From Lachnospiraceae bacterium (GTDB lineage Bacteria; Bacillota; Clostridia; Lachnospirales; Lachnospiraceae), in contig JAILID010000154.1 of assembly GCA_024695465.1 (NCBI GenBank), positions 1,681 to 65,680 of the forward strand: DNA of 64,000 nt. Reading direction: 5' to 3'. Under the pieces are notes generated by a model. The model ran no database searches. It was given only the letters and a program-made list of their open reading frames with translations, and was not told the origin of the DNA. The position numbers and the translations under genes are program-made. Below are positions 40,188-49,499 of the stretch, in pieces (position 1 is the first letter of the stretch; the number at the start of each line of letters is the position of its first letter).

Positions 40188-43100
40188 AATGCAGGGCTTC
40201 AAGTCCTTTGCCAACAAGATGGTTTTTGAATTCCACCAGGGGATCACGGGAATCGTAGGGCCGAACGGGAGCGGGAAGTCCAACGTGGCGGACGCGGTCC
40301 GCTGGGTCTTAGGCGAGCAGAGCGCCCGGCAGCTCCGGGGCGGCAATATGCAGGACGTCATCTTTGCCGGAACCGCGGCCCGGAAGCCCCAGAGCTTCGC
40401 CTCGGTGGCGATCACCTTTGACAACGAGGACCGCGCGCTGGATGTGGATTACGCGGAAGTGACCGTGACCCGGAGGCTGTTCCGTTCCGGTGAGAGCGAA
40501 TACCTGATCAACAACGTTCCCTCCCGCCTCCGGGATATCCAGGAGCTTTTCTACGACACCGGGATCGGCAAGGAGGGCTATTCCATCATCGGGCAGGGCC
40601 AGATCGAGCGGATCGTTTCCGGGAAGCCGGAAGAGCGGCGGGAGCTTTTCGATGAAGCCGCCGGGATCGTCAAATTCAAGAGGAGAAAGACGGCGTCCTT
40701 GAAGAAGCTGGCGGAGGAACAGCAGAATCTTCTGCGCGTTTCCGATATCCTAAGCGAACTGACCGGCCAGCTGGCTCCCTTGAAGAAGCAGTCGGAATCG
40801 GCGAAAATCTACCTCGAGCGGAGGGACCGCTTAAAGAACTGCGATATCAATCTTTATCTCATCGAGGAGCAAAGCTCCGGGGGACAGCTTAAGGAGCTGT
40901 CCGGGAAGGCGGAGATCGCGGACGCTTCCATCGCGGAGACGAAGGAGGAACTGGAGAAAGTCCGGGCGGAATATGACGCGCTGGAGAAGGAGATCGGCGG
41001 CATCGAGGAAGAGTCCGGCCGCCTTGCGGAGAGCATTTCCGGGAATTCACTGATCCGGGAGCAGCTGAAAGGGCAGATCGAACTCCTCCGCGAGCAGATC
41101 AATACGACCCGGCAGATGAGCGGCCAGTATCAGGCCCGTAAGGAAGCGATCCGAAAAGAACTGGCCCAAAGGGAAGAGGAGAGGCAGCGGATCCGGGAGG
41201 ATTCGGAGAAAATCTCCGGGGAGATCGCAAAGGCCCGGGCGGAACAGAAAAAGCTCGGTGATGAGATGGAGCTTCTCGATCAGGAGATCGCGAAAACGAG
41301 CGAATCTGTAGGCAGGGCCCGGAATGAAGTGATCGGGCTTTTAAACAGCCGCTCTTCCTATAAGGGCAGGACCCAGCGTTACGACGCCATGCTGGAGCAG
41401 ATCGATATCCGCAAGGCCGAGCTCTCCGGGCGCCTGCTCCGTTTTGAGGAGGAGGAACACGGAGCCCGGGAGCGGATGGAGGAATCCGACAGGAACCTTG
41501 CCGAGATCCGGGAGCGGACCGCCGCGCTTCGCCGGGAAAATGAAAACCTAAGCGCCCGGGCCGAAGCATGCCAGGATGAGATCCGGCGGATGAATGAGGA
41601 ATTGGAAAACGAGCAGACGGAATATCACCGGGAAGCCTCCCGGCTCGAATCCCTGAAGGCCATCACGGAATCCTATGAGGGCTATTCCAACGGGATCCGC
41701 AGGATCATGGAGCAAAAGAGCCGGAATCCGGGTATTCTGGGCGTCGTTGCGGACCTCATCAGCACGGAGGAGCGCTATGAGACGGCAATCGAGACGGCTC
41801 TGGGCGGAAGCCTCCGGAATATCGTCACGGACAATGAGACGACGGCCAAGTATCTCATCGAGTTCCTGAAGCGGAACCGTTTCGGCCGGGCTACCTTCCT
41901 GCCCCTCACCAATATCCGGGCGAGGAAACGTTTTGAACCCCAGGGAGCCCTCCGGGAGGAGGGGGTCATCGGGCTTGCTTCGGAGCTGGTTTCGGCGGAG
42001 GAGCGCTACGAGGCCCTGGTATCCCACCTGCTGGGCCGGACGCTGGTGGTGGATACGATCGACAACGCTATCCGGATCGGACGCCGCTACGCCCACTCGC
42101 TCTTCATGGTCACGCTCGGAGGGGAATCTTTCTCGCCGGGCGGCTCGATCACCGGCGGCGCGCTGAGGAACCAGGAAAACCTTCTGGGCAGGACCCGGGA
42201 GATTGATGAGCTCACCCGCGGAGTCCGGCAGCTCAAGAAGACGATCGCGGACAAGCAGGAAGCCATAAGTAAAAAGCGCAAGGAGCGGGATTCGCTCCGG
42301 GAAGAGATCGTATCGCTCAGCGGAAAGCTTCACGCCGAGTCGATCCGGGAGAATACGGAAGAGCTCTCGAAGAAGCAGGCGGAGGACGCCCTCCTTCTGG
42401 GCCGGGTGGACCGACAGGCGCTGGTCCGGGAGAGCACGGAGATTGAGAAGCAGATCGAGAAGGTCAAGGCCTCCCGCGGCGAGATCGAAAAAGAGCTGGA
42501 AGGCTCGGAGGAGTCGGAAAGATCCCTGAACGAGCGCATCCGGGAGCTGGAGGCGCATTTTCAGGCGGTCAGCGAGGAAAGGCACAAGAAGGCTGCCGAG
42601 ACGGAGGAAATCCGGATCCGGATCCAGGGAATGCAGCAAAACAGCGGGTTTTTATTTACCAACCAGGAACGCCTCTCCCGGGAGGTGGAAAACCTCAGGG
42701 AAGAAGACGCCGGGATCGATGCGAGTCTTTTGGCAGGCGAATCCGAGGCCGGCCGGAAGAAGAACGATATCGCCTCCATTGAGGAGACGATCCGGGAAGG
42801 GGAAAAGCAGTCGGCCCTGGAGAACGCAAGGCTCTCAGAGCTGAACGCGAGGAAGGCGTCTCTTGCCGGGAAGAATAAAGGGCTGCTAAGGAAGCGGGAG
42901 GACATCTCGGAGAACCTTTCCGCGCTTGACAAGGAGAGCTTCCGCCTCCACGCGCAGAAGGAGAAGATCGAGGAGTCGATGGCCTCCCAGGCCGCCTATC
43001 TCTGGGAGGAGTACGAGCTTACCCCTTCGGAGGCGAGAAAGCAAAGGGACGAGGAGCTGACGGACCGCCGGGAGCTGAAGCGGGAGATCGGCAGGCTGAA

Positions 43101-43728
43101 GGAGGAGATCCGCAAGCTGGGCAACGTCAATGTCAACGCGATCGAGGATTATAAGAACCTTCTGGAAAGGCACAGCTTCCTGGACGCCCAGCACAAGGAC
43201 CTGGTGGAATCCGAGAAGACGCTTATGGGGATCATCGACGAGCTGGACCGGGGCATGCGGAAACAGTTCAGCGAGAAATTCGCGGAGATCAGCCGGGAGT
43301 TCGACCGGACCTTCCGCCAGCTCTTCGGCGGGGGAGTGGGAACCCTCAAGATCGATGAGAGCGCGGATATCCTGGAGGCCGCGATCACGATCGATGCGGA
43401 GCCTCCTGGCAAGAAGCTGCAGAACATGATGCAGCTGTCGGGCGGCGAGAAGGCGCTGACGGCGATTGCCCTTCTTTTCGCGATCCAGAGCCTGAAGCCG
43501 TCTCCCTTCTGCCTGCTGGATGAGATCGAAGCGGCCCTGGACGACAACAACGTTGGGCGTTTTGCCGAATATCTGCACAAGCTGACGGCCAACACCCAGT
43601 TTATCGTGATCACGCACCGGCGCGGGACCATGGCTTCAGCCGACCGGCTCTATGGGATCACGATGCAGGAGAAGGGGATCTCGACGCTGGTCTCCGTCAA
43701 TCTGATTGAGGAGACGCTGGACGCATAA
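40168..43728 (+). CDS. smc: Chromosome partition protein Smc
   Basis: Walker A is MYLKKIEMQGFKSFA...GPNGSGKSN. Long coiled coils, the hinge, the LSGGEK signature and the Walker B DEIEAALD are present. Confidence 0.97.
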   Translation: MYLKKIEMQGFKSFANKMVFEFHQGITGIVGPNGSGKSNVADAVRWVLGEQSARQLRGGNMQDVIFAGTAARKPQSFASVAITFDNEDRALDVDYAEVTVTRRLFRSGESEYLINNVPSRLRDIQELFYDTGIGKEGYSIIGQGQIERIVSGKPEERRELFDEAAGIVKFKRRKTASLKKLAEEQQNLLRVSDILSELTGQLAPLKKQSESAKIYLERRDRLKNCDINLYLIEEQSSGGQLKELSGKAEIADASIAETKEELEKVRAEYDALEKEIGGIEEESGRLAESISGNSLIREQLKGQIELLREQINTTRQMSGQYQARKEAIRKELAQREEERQRIREDSEKISGEIAKARAEQKKLGDEMELLDQEIAKTSESVGRARNEVIGLLNSRSSYKGRTQRYDAMLEQIDIRKAELSGRLLRFEEEEHGARERMEESDRNLAEIRERTAALRRENENLSARAEACQDEIRRMNEELENEQTEYHREASRLESLKAITESYEGYSNGIRRIMEQKSRNPGILGVVADLISTEERYETAIETALGGSLRNIVTDNETTAKYLIEFLKRNRFGRATFLPLTNIRARKRFEPQGALREEGVIGLASELVSAEERYEALVSHLLGRTLVVDTIDNAIRIGRRYAHSLFMVTLGGESFSPGGSITGGALRNQENLLGRTREIDELTRGVRQLKKTIADKQEAISKKRKERDSLREEIVSLSGKLHAESIRENTEELSKKQAEDALLLGRVDRQALVRESTEIEKQIEKVKASRGEIEKELEGSEESERSLNERIRELEAHFQAVSEERHKKAAETEEIRIRIQGMQQNSGFLFTNQERLSREVENLREEDAGIDASLLAGESEAGRKKNDIASIEETIREGEKQSALENARLSELNARKASLAGKNKGLLRKREDISENLSALDKESFRLHAQKEKIEESMASQAAYLWEEYELTPSEARKQRDEELTDRRELKREIGRLKEEIRKLGNVNVNAIEDYKNLLERHSFLDAQHKDLVESEKTLMGIIDELDRGMRKQFSEKFAEISREFDRTFRQLFGGGVGTLKIDESADILEAAITIDAEPPGKKLQNMMQLSGGEKALTAIALLFAIQSLKPSPFCLLDEIEAALDDNNVGRFAEYLHKLTANTQFIVITHRRGTMASADRLYGITMQEKGISTLVSVNLIEETLDA

Positions 43729-43738
43729 GGAGGTTTAA

Positions 43739-44683
43739 ATGGGTTTTTTTGACAAATTAAAAGCAGGTCTCACCAAGACCCGCAACAATATGGTGACGGG
43801 CGTCAACCGCGTCTTTACCAGCTACGACCTTTTGGAGGATGATTTCTACGACGAGCTCGAGGAGATCATGATCACGGGCGATATGGGGGTCAGGACGACG
43901 GATGAGATCCTTACTGAGCTCAAGGAGAAGGTCCTGGAGCAGCACGTCACGACGACGGCGGGCTGCAAGCAGATCCTGACGGATACGATCAAGGAGCGGA
44001 TGCGGGTCAACGAGGCGGATTTCGCCTTCGAGAACGTCAAGTCGGTGGTGCTCCTGATCGGCGTGAACGGGGTCGGCAAGACGACGACGGTCGGCAAGCT
44101 CGCCAATCTCTACCGAAGCTCCGGCAAGAAGGTACTGGTGGCGGCGGCAGATACCTTCCGCGCCGCGGCGACAGAGCAGCTCCTTGAGTGGACGAAGAGG
44201 GCGAAGGTTCCCTGCATCACGGGCCGGGAGGGCGCGGATCCCGGAGCGGTTGTCTTCGACGCGATCCAGGCCGCCAAGGCCCGGGATGTCGATATCCTGA
44301 TGATCGACACGGCGGGACGCCTCAACAACAAGAAGAACCTGATGAAGGAGCTCTCGAAGATCTACAAGATCATCGCCCGGGAGTATGGCTACACGCACCT
44401 TGAGACCCTGCTGGTCCTCGACGGGACGACAGGGCAGAACGCGCTGATGCAGGCCCGGGACTTTGAGGAGATCGCGGCCATCACCGGCATCGTGCTGACC
44501 AAGCTGGACGGCACGGCGAAGGGCGGCATCGCGATCGCGATCCAGTCGGAGATGGGCTTCCCGGTGAAATATATCGGGGTCGGGGAGAAGATCGACGACA
44601 TGCAGCGCTTTAACCCGGATGAATTCGTGGACGCCCTGTTCGCGGACAACGGCGGGGATGAGGAGGACCCCGGGGAGGCATAA
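43739..44683 (+). CDS. ftsY: Signal recognition particle receptor FtsY
   Basis: GVNGVGKTTT, DTAGR and TKLDG motifs, with an AAGGAGG RBS. Confidence 0.95.
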   Translation: MGFFDKLKAGLTKTRNNMVTGVNRVFTSYDLLEDDFYDELEEIMITGDMGVRTTDEILTELKEKVLEQHVTTTAGCKQILTDTIKERMRVNEADFAFENVKSVVLLIGVNGVGKTTTVGKLANLYRSSGKKVLVAAADTFRAAATEQLLEWTKRAKVPCITGREGADPGAVVFDAIQAAKARDVDILMIDTAGRLNNKKNLMKELSKIYKIIAREYGYTHLETLLVLDGTTGQNALMQARDFEEIAAITGIVLTKLDGTAKGGIAIAIQSEMGFPVKYIGVGEKIDDMQRFNPDEFVDALFADNGGDEEDPGEA

Positions 44684-44696
44684 GGCGCTTCCTCAT

Positions 44697-46058
44697 ATGC
44701 TTATGGAAAAAAGACAGGAAAACAAAATGGGCGTCATGCCCGTAAAGAAGCTCATCATCAGCATGTCCCTGCCGATGATGATCTCGATGCTGGTGCAGGC
44801 GCTCTATAATGTCGTGGACAGCGTGTTTGTCGCCCGGGTGTCGGAAGACGCGCTTACCGCTGTCACCCTCGCCTTCCCGCTGCAGAATCTCATGATCGCG
44901 GTGGGATCCGGAACAGGGGTCGGCGTGAACGCCCTCCTGTCCAGGGCGCTGGGGGAAAGAAAGTTCAAGCGGGCGGATAAGGCGGCCAACATGGCCCTTT
45001 TTCTGTCCTTCTGCAATTCGATCCTCTTCCTTCTGGTCGGGCTTTTCATTTCCGGGGCCTTTATCCGCTCACAGACGGAGAATGCCGCCATCGCGGGGAT
45101 GGGGGAGGCCTATCTTAGGATCGTTAACTGTTTCTCCCTGGGGCTGATGTTCCAGATGATGTTCGAGCGGCTCCTGCAGTCGACCGGGCGGACGGTGCAG
45201 AGCATGGCCTCCCAGCTTACCGGGGCGATTGTCAACATCATTCTCGACCCGATCATGATCTTCGGCTGGTTCGGTCTTCCGGCCATGGGGGTCGCGGGCG
45301 CGGCCTACGCGACCGTGATCGGCCAGACGACGGCAGCCGTTATCGGGCTTGTGCTGAACGTAAAGACCAATACGGATGTTCATTTCTCTCTTGCGGACAT
45401 TGTCACGCCGGAGGCGGATATCATCCGGAAGATCTACCTGGTCGGCGTGCCTTCGATCCTCATGATGTCCATCGGCTCGCTTATGACCTATATGATGAAC
45501 CGGATCCTGATCGTCTTCTCGACGACGGCGACGGCGGTCTTCGGGGTCTACTTCAAGCTCCAGAGCTTCTTCTTCATGCCGGTATTCGGCCTCAACAACG
45601 GGCTGATTCCGGTGCTGGCCTACAATTACGGGGCCAGAAAGAAAGACCGCATCTACGAGGCGCTGCGTTTTTCATTTATACTGGCCATATCGATCATGCT
45701 GGCCGGTACGCTGATTTTCCACCTCTTTCCGGAGGAGCTCCTGGGCTTCTTCAACGCCTCTGGGGATATGCTTGAGCTGGGGGTCCCGGCGCTGCGGATC
45801 ATCTCGCTGAATTTCCCGCTGGCGGCCTGCGGCATCGTGATGGGCTCGATCTTCCAGGCCTTCTCCCGGAGCATGAATTCGCTGGTCGTGTCGGTCTGCC
45901 GGCAGATCCTGGTCCTGATCCCGGCTGCCTGGCTGCTTTCAAAGACGGGTTCGGTCATCAACGTCTGGTGGGCTTTCCCCATCTCGGAAATTGTGTCCCT
46001 TGTGATATCGGTGGTCCTGTTCCGCCGGCTCTACGACGAGATCGTAAGGCCCATGTAA
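44697..46058 (+). CDS. MATE family efflux transporter
   Basis: PVKKLIISMSLPMMISMLVQALYNVVDSVFV and 12 predicted hydrophobic helices. The start is ambiguous (ATG at 44697, 44703 or 44727); the listed 44619 start overlaps ftsY and is unlikely. Confidence 0.85.
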   Translation: MLMEKRQENKMGVMPVKKLIISMSLPMMISMLVQALYNVVDSVFVARVSEDALTAVTLAFPLQNLMIAVGSGTGVGVNALLSRALGERKFKRADKAANMALFLSFCNSILFLLVGLFISGAFIRSQTENAAIAGMGEAYLRIVNCFSLGLMFQMMFERLLQSTGRTVQSMASQLTGAIVNIILDPIMIFGWFGLPAMGVAGAAYATVIGQTTAAVIGLVLNVKTNTDVHFSLADIVTPEADIIRKIYLVGVPSILMMSIGSLMTYMMNRILIVFSTTATAVFGVYFKLQSFFFMPVFGLNNGLIPVLAYNYGARKKDRIYEALRFSFILAISIMLAGTLIFHLFPEELLGFFNASGDMLELGVPALRIISLNFPLAACGIVMGSIFQAFSRSMNSLVVSVCRQILVLIPAAWLLSKTGSVINVWWAFPISEIVSLVISVVLFRRLYDEIVRPM

Positions 46059-46245
46059 AATAGAAGACGGCTTTTGAGGGCTGGGCTTTATGGTTTGCGG
46101 AAAGAAGCAAATGTAAGCCGGCCCTCTTATTTCTTCCACCCCCAAAGCCGATATTGCGGCGTCATATCCGGATACATCGAGACAGTTTCCGTGGTTGATG
46201 ATGAGTTTTTGGGACGGTGAATAAGCATAAGGAAGTGTATTGAAA

Positions 46246-46896
46246 ATGAAAACCAGAGAAGAGGCCCTTGCATATGGATTGTCCTTCCCGGACACATATC
46301 AAGACGCCCCGTTTCACGATGCCAACTGGCAGCTTGTCAGATACAAAGGAAATAAGAAGGCGTTCCTGTGGACTTATGAACGGGAGGGATATATCAACCT
46401 GAATGTGAAGGCAGCGCCGGATAAAGTCTTTTTTTGGCGCGATATATATGAGTCGGTTATTCCGGGATATCACCAAAACAAAGAGCATTGGAATACCCTT
46501 ATTCTTGACGGGAGTGTTCCGGATGATGACGTTAAGATGATGATAGCGGAAAGCTATGAGCTGATCTCGGATAGTTCGTCCAAGAGGATCTATGAGGCGG
46601 TGAAGAGGATTCCGAGAGGATGCGTTGCTGGCTATGGTCAGGTTGCAGAGGCCGCAGGGGATCGAAAGATGGCCAGAGCTGTGGGCAATGCGCTTCATAG
46701 GAATCCGGATCCTTCTACGATACCATGCCATCGTGTAGTGAACGCAAAGGGTGAGCTTGCCGGAGAGTATGCATTTGGCGGTGCATGGAAGCAAGCGGAG
46801 CTCCTCATGGCCGAGGGAGTGGAAGTGGTAAATGGAAAAGTAGATCTGGATAGATTTCAGTGGGAAGAGTATAGAGGCGGCGAAAGCAAACGATAA
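46246..46896 (+). CDS. Fusion protein: MmcQ/YjbR-like domain + O6-alkylguanine-DNA alkyltransferase (MGMT) C-terminal active-site domain
   Basis: The N-half, with HWNTLILDG and AESYELI, resembles YjbR. The C-half, VKRIPRGCVAGYGQVA....ARAVGNAL..NP....IPCHRVV, has the PCHR active site. Confidence 0.75.
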   Translation: MKTREEALAYGLSFPDTYQDAPFHDANWQLVRYKGNKKAFLWTYEREGYINLNVKAAPDKVFFWRDIYESVIPGYHQNKEHWNTLILDGSVPDDDVKMMIAESYELISDSSSKRIYEAVKRIPRGCVAGYGQVAEAAGDRKMARAVGNALHRNPDPSTIPCHRVVNAKGELAGEYAFGGAWKQAELLMAEGVEVVNGKVDLDRFQWEEYRGGESKR

Positions 46897-47141
46897 GGAT
46901 GATCTGCATACGAAGGTGGAGCGGTATCTTTTAGATGATAGCGGAGTACTGGAAACGGATGAAGGGTTTATTTGGAAATAAAATGCTGGATATTCAGCTG
47001 GAGGAGCACGGGCTGCCGCGCATCATATCGTGATTATAAGGTCACTTCGAAAGCGACCTTTTTTGAAAAATAATAGCGTATAATGAGCCAGGAACAAAGG
47101 AAATCCCCGAAGGGGCGGTGAAGATAAGGAGGGCGATCATT

Positions 47142-47816
47142 ATGCGTAAAGGTTTAACAGAAGTTGTTTTTATCCTGGACAGAAGCGGTTCTATGAGCGG
47201 GCTGGAAGCAGATACCATCGGTGGTTACAATTCGATGCTGTCCAGGCAGAAGAAAGAAGAGGGAGAGGCGGTCATTTCAACTATCCTCTTTGATGATCAG
47301 ACGGAAATCCTGCATGATCGGAAGAGCCTTGATCAGGTGGAGCCGATCACTGATAAGGATTACTATGTGAGAGGCTGTACGGCTCTTCTTGATGCGGTAG
47401 GCGGAGCGATCCACCATATCGGTAAGGTACATAAGGAAATGCCGGAAGAGGAGAGGCCGGAGAAAACGTTGTTCATCATCACGACCGATGGTATGGAAAA
47501 TTCCAGCAGGCAGTATTCCTATGATAAGGTTAAGAAGATGGTGGAAAAGAAAAAGAAGAAGCATCATTGGGAGTTCATTTTCCTTGGAGCTAATATTGAT
47601 GCCGTCGAGGTTGCCGGAAGATTCGGAGTCGCGGCAAACAGGGCGGTTCGATATGAATGCGACAGCGCCGGGACAGCACTGAACTTTGACGTGATGTCCA
47701 AGATGGTCAGCCGTGCGAGAGCCTGTGAGAGCGCAGGTGAGATGGAAGATTGCTTCGATGATGGAGGGATGCTTGCTTCGATTCAGGCGGATTATGAAAA
47801 GCGTCATAGATCATGA
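47142..47816 (+). CDS. Stand-alone cytoplasmic von Willebrand factor A (vWA) domain protein
   Basis: AAGGAGGG RBS. MIDAS residues are in VFILDRSGSMSG, GCTALLDA and IITTDGMEN. There is no signal peptide. Confidence 0.8.
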   Translation: MRKGLTEVVFILDRSGSMSGLEADTIGGYNSMLSRQKKEEGEAVISTILFDDQTEILHDRKSLDQVEPITDKDYYVRGCTALLDAVGGAIHHIGKVHKEMPEEERPEKTLFIITTDGMENSSRQYSYDKVKKMVEKKKKKHHWEFIFLGANIDAVEVAGRFGVAANRAVRYECDSAGTALNFDVMSKMVSRARACESAGEMEDCFDDGGMLASIQADYEKRHRS

Positions 47817-48119
47817 AAGGTCATTAATATCACATGAAGCAATACAGGACAGGAATGTATGGCGGGAAGTTTCTTCCGTTTCATGCGGAGTATTTATCTG
47901 ATCATGGCCGTCATCGGTTTGGTGAACTGGGCTCGGCTGAATAAAGACAGGAATGCTGAAAATGAATAAAAGCGAAGAAATTTTGACTGGTCGCCTCACA
48001 GGTGACCGGTCAAAAAGAATGATGGGAAGAAGAGAAGGATTCCCGCAGGAATAATCTATCCTAACACACTGGGTTTCCGTATCATCTTCAGAGTGAGGCA
48101 CGATTTGGGCATAATTGTG

Positions 48120-48148
48120 TTGAGCGGGCTCTGTGCATATGGTATACT
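48120..48148 (+). promoter_or_regulatory. Sigma-A promoter of the 4-gene cassette (TTGAGC-17-TGgTATACT)
   Basis: The hexamers, 17-nt spacer and TGn extension were read directly. It lies 27 nt upstream of the ATG at 48175. Confidence 0.65.
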
Positions 48149-48174
48149 TTTCGTACGAAGGGAGGCCTTAATCG

Positions 48175-48363
48175 ATGCAGATTATTCCAATGAGAGATTT
48201 AAGAGATACCAATGCCCTGTCCGAGAAAGCGCATGCTAAACTTGAACCAATTTTTGTTACAAAAAACGGGTATGGCGATCTTGTAGTCATGAGTATCGAG
48301 ACGTACGAGCATATTACGGGTTCTTCTGCAGCTGAAAAAGCGGATGCTTCAGCTGAGTCCTGA
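48175..48363 (+). CDS. Phd/YefM-type antitoxin-like protein
   Basis: 62 aa. MQIIPMRDLRDTNALSEKAH..EPIFVTKNGYGDLVVMSIETYE matches the Phd/YefM N-terminal fold pattern. The RBS is GGGAGG. Confidence 0.7.
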   Translation: MQIIPMRDLRDTNALSEKAHAKLEPIFVTKNGYGDLVVMSIETYEHITGSSAAEKADASAES

Positions 48364-48379
48364 CCGGGAGGTGTTTTGA

Positions 48380-48595
48380 ATGAGCAGGGAATCCTTTTCA
48401 TTTGTCATTTATATGATTCATGCCTGTGCAAATCGATGGAGTAAAGTTCCATCCGATGTTTATAAACTGTTACAAAAAACAGGATGTATAGATAATTATC
48501 TGGTTCCGCATTATGATATTCTTCATACTCAGGGAACCGATTATATTGTTGACGACATTGAAGAGTATCTTGGAATCAGAGGGGTGAGTATATGA
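48380..48595 (+). CDS. DUF3791-like small protein (copy 1)
   Basis: 71 aa. The family was recognised from memory (FVIYMIHACANRW ... YLVPHYDILHTQG.DYIVDDIEEYL). It is immediately upstream of, and overlaps, the DUF3990-like gene. Confidence 0.6.
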   Translation: MSRESFSFVIYMIHACANRWSKVPSDVYKLLQKTGCIDNYLVPHYDILHTQGTDYIVDDIEEYLGIRGVSI

Positions 48596-49071
48596 TTGTT
48601 TACCACGGCTCAATCATTACAGTAGACAGCCCGGATGTTCAGCACTCCTATCGTCCGCTTGATTTTGGCAAAGGCTTTTATGTGACATCCGTTCGTGAAC
48701 AGGCTGAGCGCTGGGCCAGAAGAAAAGAAGCTCTTTTTGGGAGTGATAAGGCAATTATTAATGTTTACGAGATGAAGGAAAACACAGATGGATTAAAAAT
48801 CAAATCATTTGCCCCGGATTTGATGGATTGGATTGACTTTGTATGTGGGTGCCGTGATGGAAAGGCCGAATATCAGAAATATGATCTGATTTACGGTAAG
48901 GTCGCCAATGACCGCGTTTTTCGGGTTGTGGATATGTATCATACCGGCATCTGGGATAAAGAAAGGGCGTTGAAAGAAATCAAAGTCTATCCTACGTATG
49001 ACCAGATTGCGTTTATTACGCAGGAAGCTATCGATAGGCTGTTGGTATTCAAGTCTTTTCGGGAGGTGTAA
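48592..49071 (+). CDS. DUF3990-like protein with PARP-like H-Y-acid (ADP-ribosyltransferase-fold) signature
   Basis: 159 aa. There is an ATGA overlap with the preceding gene. Motifs are VYHGS (res 3-7), FGKGFYVTS (res 25-33), KYDLIYG (res 96-102) and YDQIAF (res 136-141). Confidence 0.65.
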   Translation: MIVYHGSIITVDSPDVQHSYRPLDFGKGFYVTSVREQAERWARRKEALFGSDKAIINVYEMKENTDGLKIKSFAPDLMDWIDFVCGCRDGKAEYQKYDLIYGKVANDRVFRVVDMYHTGIWDKERALKEIKVYPTYDQIAFITQEAIDRLLVFKSFREV

Positions 49072-49073
49072 CG

Positions 49074-49304
49074 GTGAGCGAGGATGTATTAGAACGAGTA
49101 TACCAGGAGAGTCTTGAAGAGCGAATCATCTCTTACCTTTCAGAAGAAGAAAAGATTTCTCTTGAAGAGGCAATGAATATCTATTATAACAGCAAGCTTG
49201 CAAATCGAATACACCGGGGAGAGTACGGAATCCAGTATCTGGATTATAAAGTCCTGGTTCAGATCTTACGTGAAACAGAGCCGGACCTTGTACGGAAAGC
49301 GTAA
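49074..49304 (+). CDS. DUF3791-like small protein (copy 2)
   Basis: 76 aa. The GTG start lies 2 nt after the previous stop, behind GGGAGG. YGIQYLDYKVLVQILRE parallels copy 1. Confidence 0.55.
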   Translation: MSEDVLERVYQESLEERIISYLSEEEKISLEEAMNIYYNSKLANRIHRGEYGIQYLDYKVLVQILRETEPDLVRKA

Positions 49305-49338
49305 TACGGTACCGTAGGGGAAAGATATATTTAAAACA

Positions 49339-49368
49339 GCTGCAGAAATGCCATCTGCAGCCTTTTTT
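49339..49368 (+). terminator. Rho-independent terminator of the cassette
   Basis: gctgcaga-aatgcca-tctgcagc followed by c + TTTTTT. Confidence 0.8.
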
Positions 49369-49499
49369 GACGATAACATTGATAACAGCGACAGTTACAG
49401 GCAGATTTCCCAGCAATCCGACTTTGATGCCTTCTGATGAGGAATATAACGGGTATTTCGGCACTAAACTCAAATTACTGCCGAAATACCGGAGCGGAA

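Noticed and set aside
46162-46794. 210-aa minus-strand ORF
   Set aside because: It is antisense to the YjbR-MGMT fusion, which carries the diagnostic PCHRVV motif on the + strand.
47859-47969. 36-aa hydrophobic small ORF (MAGSFFRFMRSIYLIMAVIGLVNWARLNKDRNAENE), possibly a type I toxin or a pnuC 3' remnant
   Set aside because: It has only a weak AGGA 4 nt from the ATG and no recognisable partner antisense RNA. Its resemblance to the last helix of PnuC transporters is from memory only. There is not enough evidence to call it a gene.
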